Of a stretch of DNA of 64,000 nucleotides, positions 26,698 through 35,986 are shown in pieces. The notes under the pieces are model-generated. The model saw only the letters and a program-made list of their open reading frames with translations. It did not search any database and had not been told where the DNA came from. A program made the translations under genes and the position numbers. Positions within the stretch are counted from its first letter, which is position 1, and the number at the start of each line of letters is the position of its first letter. Origin of the DNA: Truepera sp. (GTDB lineage: Bacteria > Deinococcota > Deinococci > Deinococcales > Trueperaceae); assembly GCA_965218435.1 (NCBI GenBank), contig CBDCKW010000009.1, positions 2,048,001 through 2,112,000 of the forward strand, read 5' to 3'.

Positions 26698-27981
26698 ATG
26701 AAGTTTCAGGCCGTTAAAGGCACCTACGACATCCTTCCCGCCGACCGACCCCGTTGGGCACACGTGTACGACGCGGCCGCCCGCGTTTTAGGGCATGCCG
26801 GGGCGGGGGAACTGACGCCACCCGTGTTTGAACACAGCGACGTATTCGTCAAAGCGGCGGGCGAATCATCCGACCTGATCGTGCAAAAAGAGATGTACAC
26901 CTTTAAGGACGCGGGCGAGCGCGACCTGACGCTCCGGCCCGAGTTTACGCCGGGAGTGCTGCGGGCGTATCTCGAGCACGGCATGTATACCCGCCCCGCA
27001 CCGGTGAAACTCTGGAGTTTCGGCCCGATCTTTCGCGCCGAAAAACCGCAACGCGGCAGATTTCGGCAGTTTCATCAGCTCAACTGTGAAGTGTTGGGGC
27101 TCGCCTCGCCACTCGTTGACGCCGAAACGGTCGCCCTCCTCTACCGCGTGTTGGGGGCGTGCGGGCTCAAAAACTTGACGGTCAAGCTCGGCTCGGTGGG
27201 TGACCCGGAAGACAAGGCGGCGTATAACGGTTATTTGCGTGACGAACTCGGCAAACGCGCGGGCGAGTTGTCCGAGACGAGCCAAGAGCGGCTGCGCCTC
27301 AACCCGATGCGGGTGCTCGACAGCAAAGATGCAGGTGACCAAAAAATTGTGGCGACGCTCAAACGTCCGTTGGATTTTCTAAGCGACGACGCCCGCAACC
27401 ACTTCGACACGGTGCAGCAGTTTCTGACCGACTGGGGCGTCCCCTTCGAGGTTGACGCCAGCATCGTCCGGGGGTTGGACTACTACCGCCGCACCGCCTT
27501 TGAGGTGCATCATCCAGGGATCGGCGCACAGTCGGCGCTCGGCGGCGGGGGCCGCTACGACGGGCTCGTCGAACACTTGGGTGGTCCGGCAACGCCCGGT
27601 ATCGGCTGGGCGTTCGGCGTTGAGCGCGTGCTCGACGCGATGGTACAAGACGGGGTAGGCCATGATGCTGAAGCCAAGCCGCTCCTCTTTCTCGTGCCGA
27701 TGGACGAAGCGGCGGTCCCTGAGGTGGCGCTGACGGCGTTCAATTTGCGCAGCCTCTTTGCTGTGCAGCACGCCTATAAAGAGCGGAATCCGGGTAAAGG
27801 TCTGCGGGACGCGCAGCGCAGCGGCGCACAGTTTGCCGGTCTGCGCGGCGAGCGCGAACGCGAGCGTGGGGTGTATACGCTTAAAAATTTGATATCCGGT
27901 GAGCAGCTCGAGGTCACTGAAACGGATTTGGGGTCGTTTTTAGCCGCTCGAGCCGAAACAGCGCAGGCGGTCAGCGTATGA
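26698..27981 (+). CDS. hisS: Histidine-tRNA ligase
   Basis: LRPEFT, FRAEKPQRGRFRQF, VRGLDYY, GGGRYD. Confidence 0.97.
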   Translation: MKFQAVKGTYDILPADRPRWAHVYDAAARVLGHAGAGELTPPVFEHSDVFVKAAGESSDLIVQKEMYTFKDAGERDLTLRPEFTPGVLRAYLEHGMYTRPAPVKLWSFGPIFRAEKPQRGRFRQFHQLNCEVLGLASPLVDAETVALLYRVLGACGLKNLTVKLGSVGDPEDKAAYNGYLRDELGKRAGELSETSQERLRLNPMRVLDSKDAGDQKIVATLKRPLDFLSDDARNHFDTVQQFLTDWGVPFEVDASIVRGLDYYRRTAFEVHHPGIGAQSALGGGGRYDGLVEHLGGPATPGIGWAFGVERVLDAMVQDGVGHDAEAKPLLFLVPMDEAAVPEVALTAFNLRSLFAVQHAYKERNPGKGLRDAQRSGAQFAGLRGERERERGVYTLKNLISGEQLEVTETDLGSFLAARAETAQAVSV

Positions 27982-29861
27982 CTGCTGATACTAAACGCAC
28001 GCATATGTGCGGCGACCTCAGAGCAGGCGACGAAGGTCAAAGCGTCACCTTACAAGGCTGGGTCAACCGCCGCCGCGACCTGGGCGGACTGATCTTCCTA
28101 GATTTGCGTGACCGTACCGGTTTGGTTCAAGTCGTCACCGAACCCGACGCCGCAGCGTTTGCTGTGGGCGAACAGCTCAGACCCGAGTTTATCGTCACGG
28201 TAAGTGGCAATGTGCGGCTCCGGCCCGACGTGCAGCGCACCTCGAGGCTCCCAACCGGCGACGTCGAAGTGCTGGCCGAGAGCATCACCATCATTTCTGA
28301 AGCCAAAACTCCTCCCTTTGTACTGAATAGTCCCGAAGAAGCCGCTGAGGTCAGCGAAGATTTACGCCTCAAGTACCGTTACCTAGACCTCCGCCGCCCC
28401 GAAGCTGCTGCGCCGCTCTACCTCCGGCACCGGGTCAGCAAAGCCATCTGGGACTTTTTGGACGCTGAGGGCTTCGTGCAGGTTGAGACGCCGCTGTTAA
28501 CGCTCTCGACACCTGAGGGGGCTCGAGATTACGTGGTGCCCTCACGGACGCAACCCGGTAACTTTTACGCGCTGCCGCAGTCGCCGCAGCTCTTTAAGCA
28601 GCTCTTGATGATGGGCGGCCTGGAACGTTACTTTCAGCTCGCGCACTGTTTTCGAGACGAAGACCTCCGCGCCGACCGCCAACCCGACTTTACGCAGCTC
28701 GATATTGAAATGTCATTTGTAGATCAAGACGACGTGTTAGACCTCAACGAGCGGTTGCTGCAGCATGTGATTAAAGCCGCACTAGACCGGGACATCCCCG
28801 CGCCGTTCCCACGTTTGAGCTACGCGGACGCCATGAACCGCTACGGCTCGGACAAACCGGATGTGCGCTTTGCGTTAGAACTCACCGACCTCTCCCCTGT
28901 TTTTAGCGAGACGACCTTTCGCGGCTTTGCCTCGGTGTTGGCGTCCGGCGGCAGCGTGCGGGCCTTGCCGGTTCCCGCTGAGCGCGCAGGTGAGCTGAGC
29001 CGCAAACGGTTAGGGGAGCTCGAGACCCACGGCAAAACTTACGGTGCCCAGGGACTCGCGTGGCTCCGGCGCGACGGTGAAGGTTTCAGCGGCCCCATCG
29101 CCAAGTTTTTAGCTGATACCGAGGTGCAGGCGCTGACGCAGCACGCACCCGCTGACGGTGACCTGCTCCTCATCGTCGCGGCCAAAACGCGCGTCGCGTG
29201 CGAGGCGCTCGGCGCAGTGCGGCTTAAACTGGCTCACGATTTTGGCCTCATCCCCGAAGGTGAGCTGGCTTTTTCGTGGGTGATTGACTTTCCGCTGCTC
29301 GAGTACGACGATGAGACCGGCGGCCACACCTACATGCACCACCCCTTCACTCGGCCCCAGGACGAAGACCTGCCGCTGTTAAGGACCGACCCCGGCAAAG
29401 TGCGGGCGTGGGCGTATGACCTGGTGCTCAACGGTTTTGAAATCGGCGGGGGGTCGCTGCGTATCTATCAGCTCGAGACCCAACGCGCCATGTTCCGCGC
29501 CCTCGGCTTTTCCGACGAGGAAGCGCAGGCCCGCTTCGGCTTCTTTTTAGACGCGCTCGCTTACGGCGCGCCGCCACACGGGGGCGTCGCCTGGGGACTG
29601 GACCGCTTGATCATGCTCTTAGCCGGGGCCAAAAGTCTCCGCGACGTGATCGCCTTCCCCAAAAATCAGCGCGGGGCCGACCCGCTCACCGGCGCACCGG
29701 GACCGCTCACACAGGCGCAGCTTGACGAACTGTCGTTACGCCTCGGCCATACGCCTGTCGAGGCTGCGGCAGAAGCCAATCCTGCAGCTACTGAGACAGA
29801 AATAAAAGCAGCCGTAACTACAAGCGCCACTGAAGGAGAAAGCTCACAGGAAACGCCGTGA
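27978..29861 (+). CDS. aspS: Aspartate-tRNA ligase
   Basis: RRDLGG, LPQSPQLFKQ, FRDED, PPHGG; acidic C-terminal tail. Confidence 0.97.
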   Translation: MTADTKRTHMCGDLRAGDEGQSVTLQGWVNRRRDLGGLIFLDLRDRTGLVQVVTEPDAAAFAVGEQLRPEFIVTVSGNVRLRPDVQRTSRLPTGDVEVLAESITIISEAKTPPFVLNSPEEAAEVSEDLRLKYRYLDLRRPEAAAPLYLRHRVSKAIWDFLDAEGFVQVETPLLTLSTPEGARDYVVPSRTQPGNFYALPQSPQLFKQLLMMGGLERYFQLAHCFRDEDLRADRQPDFTQLDIEMSFVDQDDVLDLNERLLQHVIKAALDRDIPAPFPRLSYADAMNRYGSDKPDVRFALELTDLSPVFSETTFRGFASVLASGGSVRALPVPAERAGELSRKRLGELETHGKTYGAQGLAWLRRDGEGFSGPIAKFLADTEVQALTQHAPADGDLLLIVAAKTRVACEALGAVRLKLAHDFGLIPEGELAFSWVIDFPLLEYDDETGGHTYMHHPFTRPQDEDLPLLRTDPGKVRAWAYDLVLNGFEIGGGSLRIYQLETQRAMFRALGFSDEEAQARFGFFLDALAYGAPPHGGVAWGLDRLIMLLAGAKSLRDVIAFPKNQRGADPLTGAPGPLTQAQLDELSLRLGHTPVEAAAEANPAATETEIKAAVTTSATEGESSQETP

Positions 29862-30664
29862 TTCCTTTTGTGCTCCTCGACCTAGACGGCACAGTGATCG
29901 GCTCGAGCGGTCAGGTCTTGTCGTGCGTGTGGGAGGCAGTCGCAGAGGTGCAGCAAGCGGGCATGAAACTCGCCGTTTGCACCGGACGCCCGCGCGTCGG
30001 GGTCGCTAAACGCGTAGCCGAGCGCCTCGGTAAAAGCGTTCCGCACATCTTTCAAAACGGCGCGATGATCGCCTACGCCGATGGCGACGTGGTTGAACTG
30101 CACGCGCTTAAAGAGGCGAATACCCGCGCGTTAATTACCCATGCGCGGGCGCACAACTTAGCTCTGGAGGTCTACACTTCAAATGCGCTCTACGTCGAGC
30201 GTCGCACCCCGCTGAGCGAAGCGCACGCAAAACTGATCGGTGCGACGGCGATTGTCCGCAATTTAGAAGACGTAGCTGAGAACGAACCCGTGGTGCGGGC
30301 GCAGTGGGTGATTCCGTTGGGGAAAGAAGCCGAAGCCAGGGAGCTCACCCTACCCGGCGTGCAGACCTCGAGCGCAGTCTCCCCGGCCCTTAAAGACACC
30401 CTGTTTATCAGCGTCACAGCCAAAGACGTATCCAAAGGTTCGGCGGTGCGGACGCTGATCAAGCGAGAACGCTTTAAGACAGAAAACGTGATGGCCGTTG
30501 GGGACAGCGCGGGCGATTTGCCGATGTTAGAAGCGGTCGGTCACCCCGTCGTGATGGCCGAAGCGCCTGCTGAACTGCGTGAGCGGTTTTTTACCGTCGG
30601 CGGCGTAGATGAATGCGGCGTCGTCGAGGCGTTGGAACGCGCCTTAACGCTCAAGGTCGTCTGA
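29858..30664 (+). CDS. Cof-type HAD-IIB hydrolase
   Basis: DLDGT, CTGR, SKG, GDSAGDLPM. Confidence 0.9.
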   Translation: MIPFVLLDLDGTVIGSSGQVLSCVWEAVAEVQQAGMKLAVCTGRPRVGVAKRVAERLGKSVPHIFQNGAMIAYADGDVVELHALKEANTRALITHARAHNLALEVYTSNALYVERRTPLSEAHAKLIGATAIVRNLEDVAENEPVVRAQWVIPLGKEAEARELTLPGVQTSSAVSPALKDTLFISVTAKDVSKGSAVRTLIKRERFKTENVMAVGDSAGDLPMLEAVGHPVVMAEAPAELRERFFTVGGVDECGVVEALERALTLKVV

Positions 30665-30909
30665 GTCAAAAGCTTTGCGTAGGTCAAGCGTCCCCAAGCT
30701 AGGCTGTGTTACTTCTGCTTTGTTGTCTTCTGAAGTCGTAAGAAACGTTATTTCTTTTGTCAACCTGGCAACTATTGACTGCTGTATTCTGAATTCGCTC
30801 TTCCTCACGTAGACTACACAGCCGTCATCTCGAGCCGATTCCAGAACTCGCCAAACGATGCGTCGCTGCTCATCAGGCTTTGCCAACTTTAGCTTGATAA
30901 ACTCGGAGC

Positions 30910-32205
30910 ATGGTTGTCCCCATTCAAAACCTCAAAGAACACTTAGGCGAGAGCGTCACCATCCAGGGCTGGCTGGCAGGTTCACGCTCGAGCGGCAAGA
31001 TCGCCTTTTTACAACTCCGCGACGGCTCCGGCTTCGTGCAGGGCGTATTGGCGAAAAACGACGTAGACGAATCTACTTTTAAGCTGGCGCGGTCACTCAC
31101 CCAAGAGTCGAGCATCATCGTGACCGGCGAAGTTCGGGCTGATGAACGCTCACCCTCCGGCGTCGAGCTGGGCGTGACCGGGCTCGAGCTAGTTGAACGC
31201 ACCGAAAACTACCCCATCACGCCTAAAGAGCACGGCGTCGACTTTTTGATGGAGCATCGGCACCTCTACATGCGGAACAAAAAGCCGTGGGCAATTATGC
31301 GGATTCGAGATGAATTGGAGCGGGCCGTTCACGATTTTTTTGCCGAGCGCGGCTTTGTCCGCTTTGACACGCCCTTTTTTACCCCGAACGCCGCAGAGGG
31401 CACCACCAACCTTTTTGAAATTGATCTCTTTGGTGAAGACAAGGCGTACCTGTCGCAGTCCGGGCAGCTCTACGCCGAGGCCGGGGCGCTCGCTTTGGGC
31501 CGGGTGTACACCTTCGGGCCGACCTTTCGGGCAGAAAAGTCGAAGACGCGCAAACACCTCTTAGAGTTTTGGATGATCGAGCCCGAGGTCGCATATCTGG
31601 AACACGAAGGCAACATGAAGTTGCAAGAAGAGTTTGTCTCGTACCTTGTAGGACGCGCGTTAGAAAACCGCCAAGCCGAGCTGACGATGTTGGAGCGGGA
31701 TACGAGGATGCTTACTGCCACCGCTCAGGGAGGGTTTCCGCGCCTCTCTTACGACGAAGCTTTGGCTAAACTCGCCGAGCACGGCGAACACCTCAGCTGG
31801 GGTGACGATTTGGGTGCGCCGCACGAGACGATTTTAGGAGGGCTTTACGACCGCCCCGTCTTCGTTGACGCGTGGCCAACCGAGACCAAAGCGTTTTATA
31901 TGCAACCGTTTGACGACGACCCGACGCGCGTCAAGTGCGACGACCTCATCGCCCCGGAAGGGTACGGCGAACTTATCGGGGGTTCGGAGCGCATCCATGA
32001 CTATGACCTCTTAAAGTCGCGGATTGAGGCGCACGGGTTGCCCGAAGAAGCGTTCGCCTGGTATTTGGACCTGCGGCGTTACGGGTCGGTGCCGCATTCA
32101 GGGTTCGGACTCGGGTTTGAGCGGCTCTTGGCGTGGGTTACGGGCGTGCATCATTTACGCGAGGTCATCCCCTTCCCACGGCTCTTGACCCGTATGTACC
32201 CGTAG
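30910..32205 (+). CDS. asnS: Asparagine-tRNA ligase
   Basis: [40 protein letters not shown]. Confidence 0.96.
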   Translation: MVVPIQNLKEHLGESVTIQGWLAGSRSSGKIAFLQLRDGSGFVQGVLAKNDVDESTFKLARSLTQESSIIVTGEVRADERSPSGVELGVTGLELVERTENYPITPKEHGVDFLMEHRHLYMRNKKPWAIMRIRDELERAVHDFFAERGFVRFDTPFFTPNAAEGTTNLFEIDLFGEDKAYLSQSGQLYAEAGALALGRVYTFGPTFRAEKSKTRKHLLEFWMIEPEVAYLEHEGNMKLQEEFVSYLVGRALENRQAELTMLERDTRMLTATAQGGFPRLSYDEALAKLAEHGEHLSWGDDLGAPHETILGGLYDRPVFVDAWPTETKAFYMQPFDDDPTRVKCDDLIAPEGYGELIGGSERIHDYDLLKSRIEAHGLPEEAFAWYLDLRRYGSVPHSGFGLGFERLLAWVTGVHHLREVIPFPRLLTRMYP

Positions 32206-32597
32206 TGAGCTGGGTCAACGTCCTCGGCGTGATGGCGGGTGGGGCGCTCGGGGCGCTCGCCCGTTACTCGGTCGCGGTAACGGTGCAGGGGCGATTGTTA
32301 CAGACGCCCTTTGCCGGTCTCCCGGTAGCGACGCTTTTGGTCAACGTCAGCGGATCATTTTTGTTGGCGTTTTTGGCAACGCTGGCGCTGCAAGGACGGC
32401 TCAGTGGGATTTTATTACTGACGCTCGGTACAGGTTTTTGCGGTGCGCTCACAACCTTTTCGACCTTTGAACTCGACGCGGACGGGCTCTTAAGAAGTGG
32501 GCAGTTTGGCAGCGCCCTGCTCTACGTCGGCAGCAACCTCTTTTTAGGTTACGCTGCGCTGCTACTCGGGCAGATGGTCGGGGAGCGCCTTACTTGA
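32205..32597 (+). CDS. crcB: Fluoride channel FluC/CrcB
   Basis: GGALGALARY, VNVSGSF, GFCGALTTFSTF. Confidence 0.92.
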   Translation: MSWVNVLGVMAGGALGALARYSVAVTVQGRLLQTPFAGLPVATLLVNVSGSFLLAFLATLALQGRLSGILLLTLGTGFCGALTTFSTFELDADGLLRSGQFGSALLYVGSNLFLGYAALLLGQMVGERLT

Positions 32598-32620
32598 TTT
32601 CGCCTAGTTTTAGTTCAAGC

Positions 32621-33184
32621 TCAGTTTGGGCTTGTCGCCGTCAGGTTTTGGGAGGTCTGAGGCAGCTCCAGCTCGCCGAGCGTCTGCGGGAGCGAAACCT
32701 GACCCAAAAACGTCGGTGGGACGCGGCCGTTGATAAGCACAAAGGTGTCAGCCACGCCCTGCCGAGCGGCAGTTTGCTGGATAGACCCCAACAGCCACAG
32801 CTCAGTTGTCACTGGCACTTCTACAGTCTCTGAGAGTGAAAAGTCGAGGGCAGCATGGCCCCCATCAGCCTCGTCACCGAGCCAGAACACGCGCGGCGTA
32901 CCGAGTTCCTTAGGCCACGCGCCCTCACTTACAAGCCACGTCCGCAGGGCGTGGAGCGTCGCCGCAAGACGCGCGGGTGAGGTGTCGGCGGCGCGGAGCG
33001 ACACGTTACGTGTCCGCAGTTCACCGCTGGTTTGCTGAATCAGAACGGCGGGAAAAGGCGTGGTGGGGAGGGGCTCGAGCGTCACCAACTCAGGCGGCGG
33101 AACCCCCGGCGGGCGCGTGTGAACGAACGCCAGGATGCCGGCCAGCAAGACGAGCGCGCTCAAAAGCGTGGGCAAAACGCGCAT
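32621..33184 (-). CDS. GerMN-like membrane-anchored protein
   Basis: N-terminal TM, AALDFS, LINGRVPPTFLGQVSL. Confidence 0.6.
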   Translation of the reverse strand: MRVLPTLLSALVLLAGILAFVHTRPPGVPPPELVTLEPLPTTPFPAVLIQQTSGELRTRNVSLRAADTSPARLAATLHALRTWLVSEGAWPKELGTPRVFWLGDEADGGHAALDFSLSETVEVPVTTELWLLGSIQQTAARQGVADTFVLINGRVPPTFLGQVSLPQTLGELELPQTSQNLTATSPN

Positions 33185-34500
33185 CAGCGGCCCTGCAAGA
33201 GCGTGCGCAGAAGCGGGGCCAACGACCCAGCGAGTTCGGCGTCGGCCCCGGGCCGCCCCAAGTCTTCGGAGCTCAGCTCGAGCATCACGCCGCGCCCCGC
33301 CGCGCCGCTAAGTGTCTCTAAGGGTACAGCCATAAGCGAAGCCAGCTTCAGCGAGGTCCGTCCGCTCAGCCCGGTGGCGAGCCCCCGCGCGATTCGCTCA
33401 CCCAACGAAGTGTCAGGTTTAAGGCGGGCGAGTTGCGCCCTCGCCTCGTCAGATAAGACAGTCTCGGCTACTGCGCGGCGTACCGGAGCGTCCAGCGTCG
33501 GCACGTCCGGCGGCAGGTAGTAGACGTTAAACCGGCCTGCCGGGAGCGGGGCTTGACGGAGCGTCAGCAGAAAAGGTACGGCGAATCCGGTCTGCGCGGC
33601 ATTTTCAGACGTGGCGCGTTGCAACTTGACCTGAAACCCGTACGGCTCGAGCACCGCTTTAAGGCGCTCGGCTAGCGGGAATGTGCCAGCATCTGCACGA
33701 AGGACAAGAATCAGCGTCTGCACGCCTGCAGCAGTATTTGGTGCTGTGTCTACCGCGCTACGAAAGACGTCAATGACGACGCGCTCCCCTGCGCCGTGGG
33801 GTTCGCTAAAGGTGCGGTAGGTGTTGCCTTGCTGCAAAATCAGATTGAAATCTACGAAGTTGCCGCTCGGCACCAACGCCGCGTAACTGATACGGCCGCC
33901 CCCCAAACTAAAAGGTCGCCCGCTTAGCTCGTCTGAACCTAACCGGGCTCTGGGAAAGCGGAAGCGCACCGCACCGAGCGAGGGTGCCGGGGTATCCTCC
34001 ATGTCAACGGGCGCGTCAAAGGTCAGGACGAACCGCTCGTAACTTCCCCAGGCTTTCGGCGGCGACACCGCCGTTAGGACAGGCCGGGGAAAAACGACTG
34101 CGACGGTTCGCGCGGCGGCGAGGTAGGCCGTGCGGCCGCCGAGCGCCGCCGTGACGCTTTTGACCGGCAGGTACACCGTTTCGCCTACCCGCACTGCGCC
34201 CGTACTCGGAAGGCGCTGCCCGTCAACCGTCAGGGTTGCCTTAGCTGCCGCCGCCTGTTTCGCCGTGGGAAAGCTCTGCAAACTGAGAAAGCGGCCCCCA
34301 AATAAGAGGAGCACGCCCGTCCGTGCGTCGTAGCGGTACGCCGCGCCGAGCGCCTCCGCATAAAGCTCCGCCGGGGTGTAGGCGCTGCCGGGAACAAGAT
34401 CGGTACGAACCTCGAGCAACGTACCGTTGACCGCGAGCCGCTGCTGCGCGCCCGCACACGTCAGCAGTGCGAGCAGAGTAAACACGGCGAGAAGACGCAT
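33184..34500 (-). CDS. Secreted AMIN-like protein with degenerate Amidase_3-like domain
   Basis: Signal peptide, ERFVLTF, RVVIDV; amidase-like topology without the Zn-binding His motifs. Confidence 0.6.
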   Translation of the reverse strand: MRLLAVFTLLALLTCAGAQQRLAVNGTLLEVRTDLVPGSAYTPAELYAEALGAAYRYDARTGVLLLFGGRFLSLQSFPTAKQAAAAKATLTVDGQRLPSTGAVRVGETVYLPVKSVTAALGGRTAYLAAARTVAVVFPRPVLTAVSPPKAWGSYERFVLTFDAPVDMEDTPAPSLGAVRFRFPRARLGSDELSGRPFSLGGGRISYAALVPSGNFVDFNLILQQGNTYRTFSEPHGAGERVVIDVFRSAVDTAPNTAAGVQTLILVLRADAGTFPLAERLKAVLEPYGFQVKLQRATSENAAQTGFAVPFLLTLRQAPLPAGRFNVYYLPPDVPTLDAPVRRAVAETVLSDEARAQLARLKPDTSLGERIARGLATGLSGRTSLKLASLMAVPLETLSGAAGRGVMLELSSEDLGRPGADAELAGSLAPLLRTLLQGR

Positions 34501-34932
34501 CTAGCGTTTGAGCGCCCGCTCCATCTGGCGCTGCGCGTCACGCTTGGCCTGGTCTTGGCGTTTGTCGTAACGTTTCTTGCCGCGTCCGAGAGCTAACTCG
34601 AGCTTGACCCAGCCCCCCTTAAAGTAGAGCCGCGTCGGCACGAGCGTCAGCCCTTTACGCTCTAAGCCTTTGGTAATCTCAGCGATTTCAGACTTTTTTA
34701 ACAGCAATTTACGGCTACGCACCGGTTCGTGGTTGTTATAACTCGCCTCTCGGTACGGCGGAATGTGCATTCCCTCTAAAAAGACCTCGCCGTTACGGAC
34801 ACGGGCGAACGCCTCGCCAAGTGTGACCCCGCCCTGACGAAGCGATTTGATCTCGCTGCCGGTCAGGGCGATGCCCGCTTCAAAGCGGTCTAAGAGTTCG
34901 TAGTCAAAAGAGGCGCGGCGGTTTTGAATCAT
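34501..34932 (-). CDS. smpB: SsrA-binding protein
   Basis: NRRA, EAGIALTGSEIKSLR, RKLLL, GKKRYDKR. Confidence 0.97.
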   Translation of the reverse strand: MIQNRRASFDYELLDRFEAGIALTGSEIKSLRQGGVTLGEAFARVRNGEVFLEGMHIPPYREASYNNHEPVRSRKLLLKKSEIAEITKGLERKGLTLVPTRLYFKGGWVKLELALGRGKKRYDKRQDQAKRDAQRQMERALKR

Positions 34933-35114
34933 AGAACGTCCACTTTACCGCGTTTAGAGTTTGAGTTGCCTATTCAGCATGTCTAAACAGGAACAAGCTC
35001 CCTACCGAGGCAACAACCTGCTTAATGCACCGGAGTATATCAGTCACTTAGAGCTTTATTTCTAGTGCGTCTCTCGCGCTCAACACACGCAGAAGGGGTA
35101 CGTAAAAAAGATAT

Positions 35115-35480
35115 CTACCTCTCGTTGTGAATCCCCTTCGGGGCAGGGCTAATCGGCTGAGCAAAGGCGGCAGGTTCAGCTTGCACCTGTAGACTGACCA
35201 AGGACGTAAGAACACCCCCGGCGATGAGCAGCCAGAAGACGGGCTCAAACGCTTGTAGTGGCGCGGCGGGTGTCGCTGTGGCTAAAACGGCGATAACCAA
35301 CGCCACCCCGAACACAGCGCCGAGCTGCCGCACCGCTTGATTGACCGCGCTGCCCACTCCGAAGCGTTCCGGCGGCAGGCCGGAGACTGCCGCCGCGCTC
35401 ATTACGGGGGTAGGAGTAGTCCCACCCCTACCCCCGTAATGAGCGAGTTGGAAACAGACGCGTCAAGTCGTTGCTTGTGT
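35115..35480 (-). pseudogene. C-terminal remnant of a DHA2-type MFS transporter
   Basis: LITGVGVGLLLP..SAAAV, GSAVNQAVRQLGAVFGVA; N-terminus lost next to an IS remnant. Confidence 0.75.
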
Positions 35481-35489
35481 GATAGGCAG

Positions 35490-35841
35490 TCGTGGGGTTG
35501 CCACTTACCGCAAACTGTGGGATAACATCCCTGCAGCTTTCAGACGAAGCACCTTGTTCAGCGACTTTTGGGAAGCTTACTAAGCGGTTATCCCTGATGA
35601 ACAACACCAAGCTATTGGCAAAGATAGCGGCCTAACAGCTCACGTTGAACGCTTCAATAACACCCTCCGCCAGCGGACAGGCCCGGAAGGTGCCGTTTCG
35701 TCCAAGACAGCGCCTAGCCCGCTTTGTCAGAAAGACCCTTTCCTTCTCCAAGTCTGAGCACATGCACCTCATTTGCTTGCACTTGTTCCTCGTTCGCTAC
35801 AACTTTAATGCGCTGCTGTCAGTCGACGGTGAACCACTACC
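35490..35841 (+). mobile_element. IS1-family transposase remnant with right end
   Basis: SDFWEAY, HVERFNNTLRQR, RKTLSFSK; terminal ACCACTACC (revcomp GGTAGTGGT); stops and frameshifts. Confidence 0.8.
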
Positions 35842-35986
35842 CAAAGTTTTTATGCGGCAGAACGGCCCATTGACCGCATAAGTGGCTCGGTTAGCTAGCG
35901 GGTCAATAAACTTAGCAACCTCAATATGGGGATTAACTGAAGCGAGGCTGGTGCGTAAAATATAGCGTTGCCAAAACTAAATCAGC

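Noticed and set aside
30779..30817. Similarity to 46106-46137 (shared CAGAATACAGCA, inverted)
   Set aside because: Only 12 exact bp and two copies; not enough to call a repeat family
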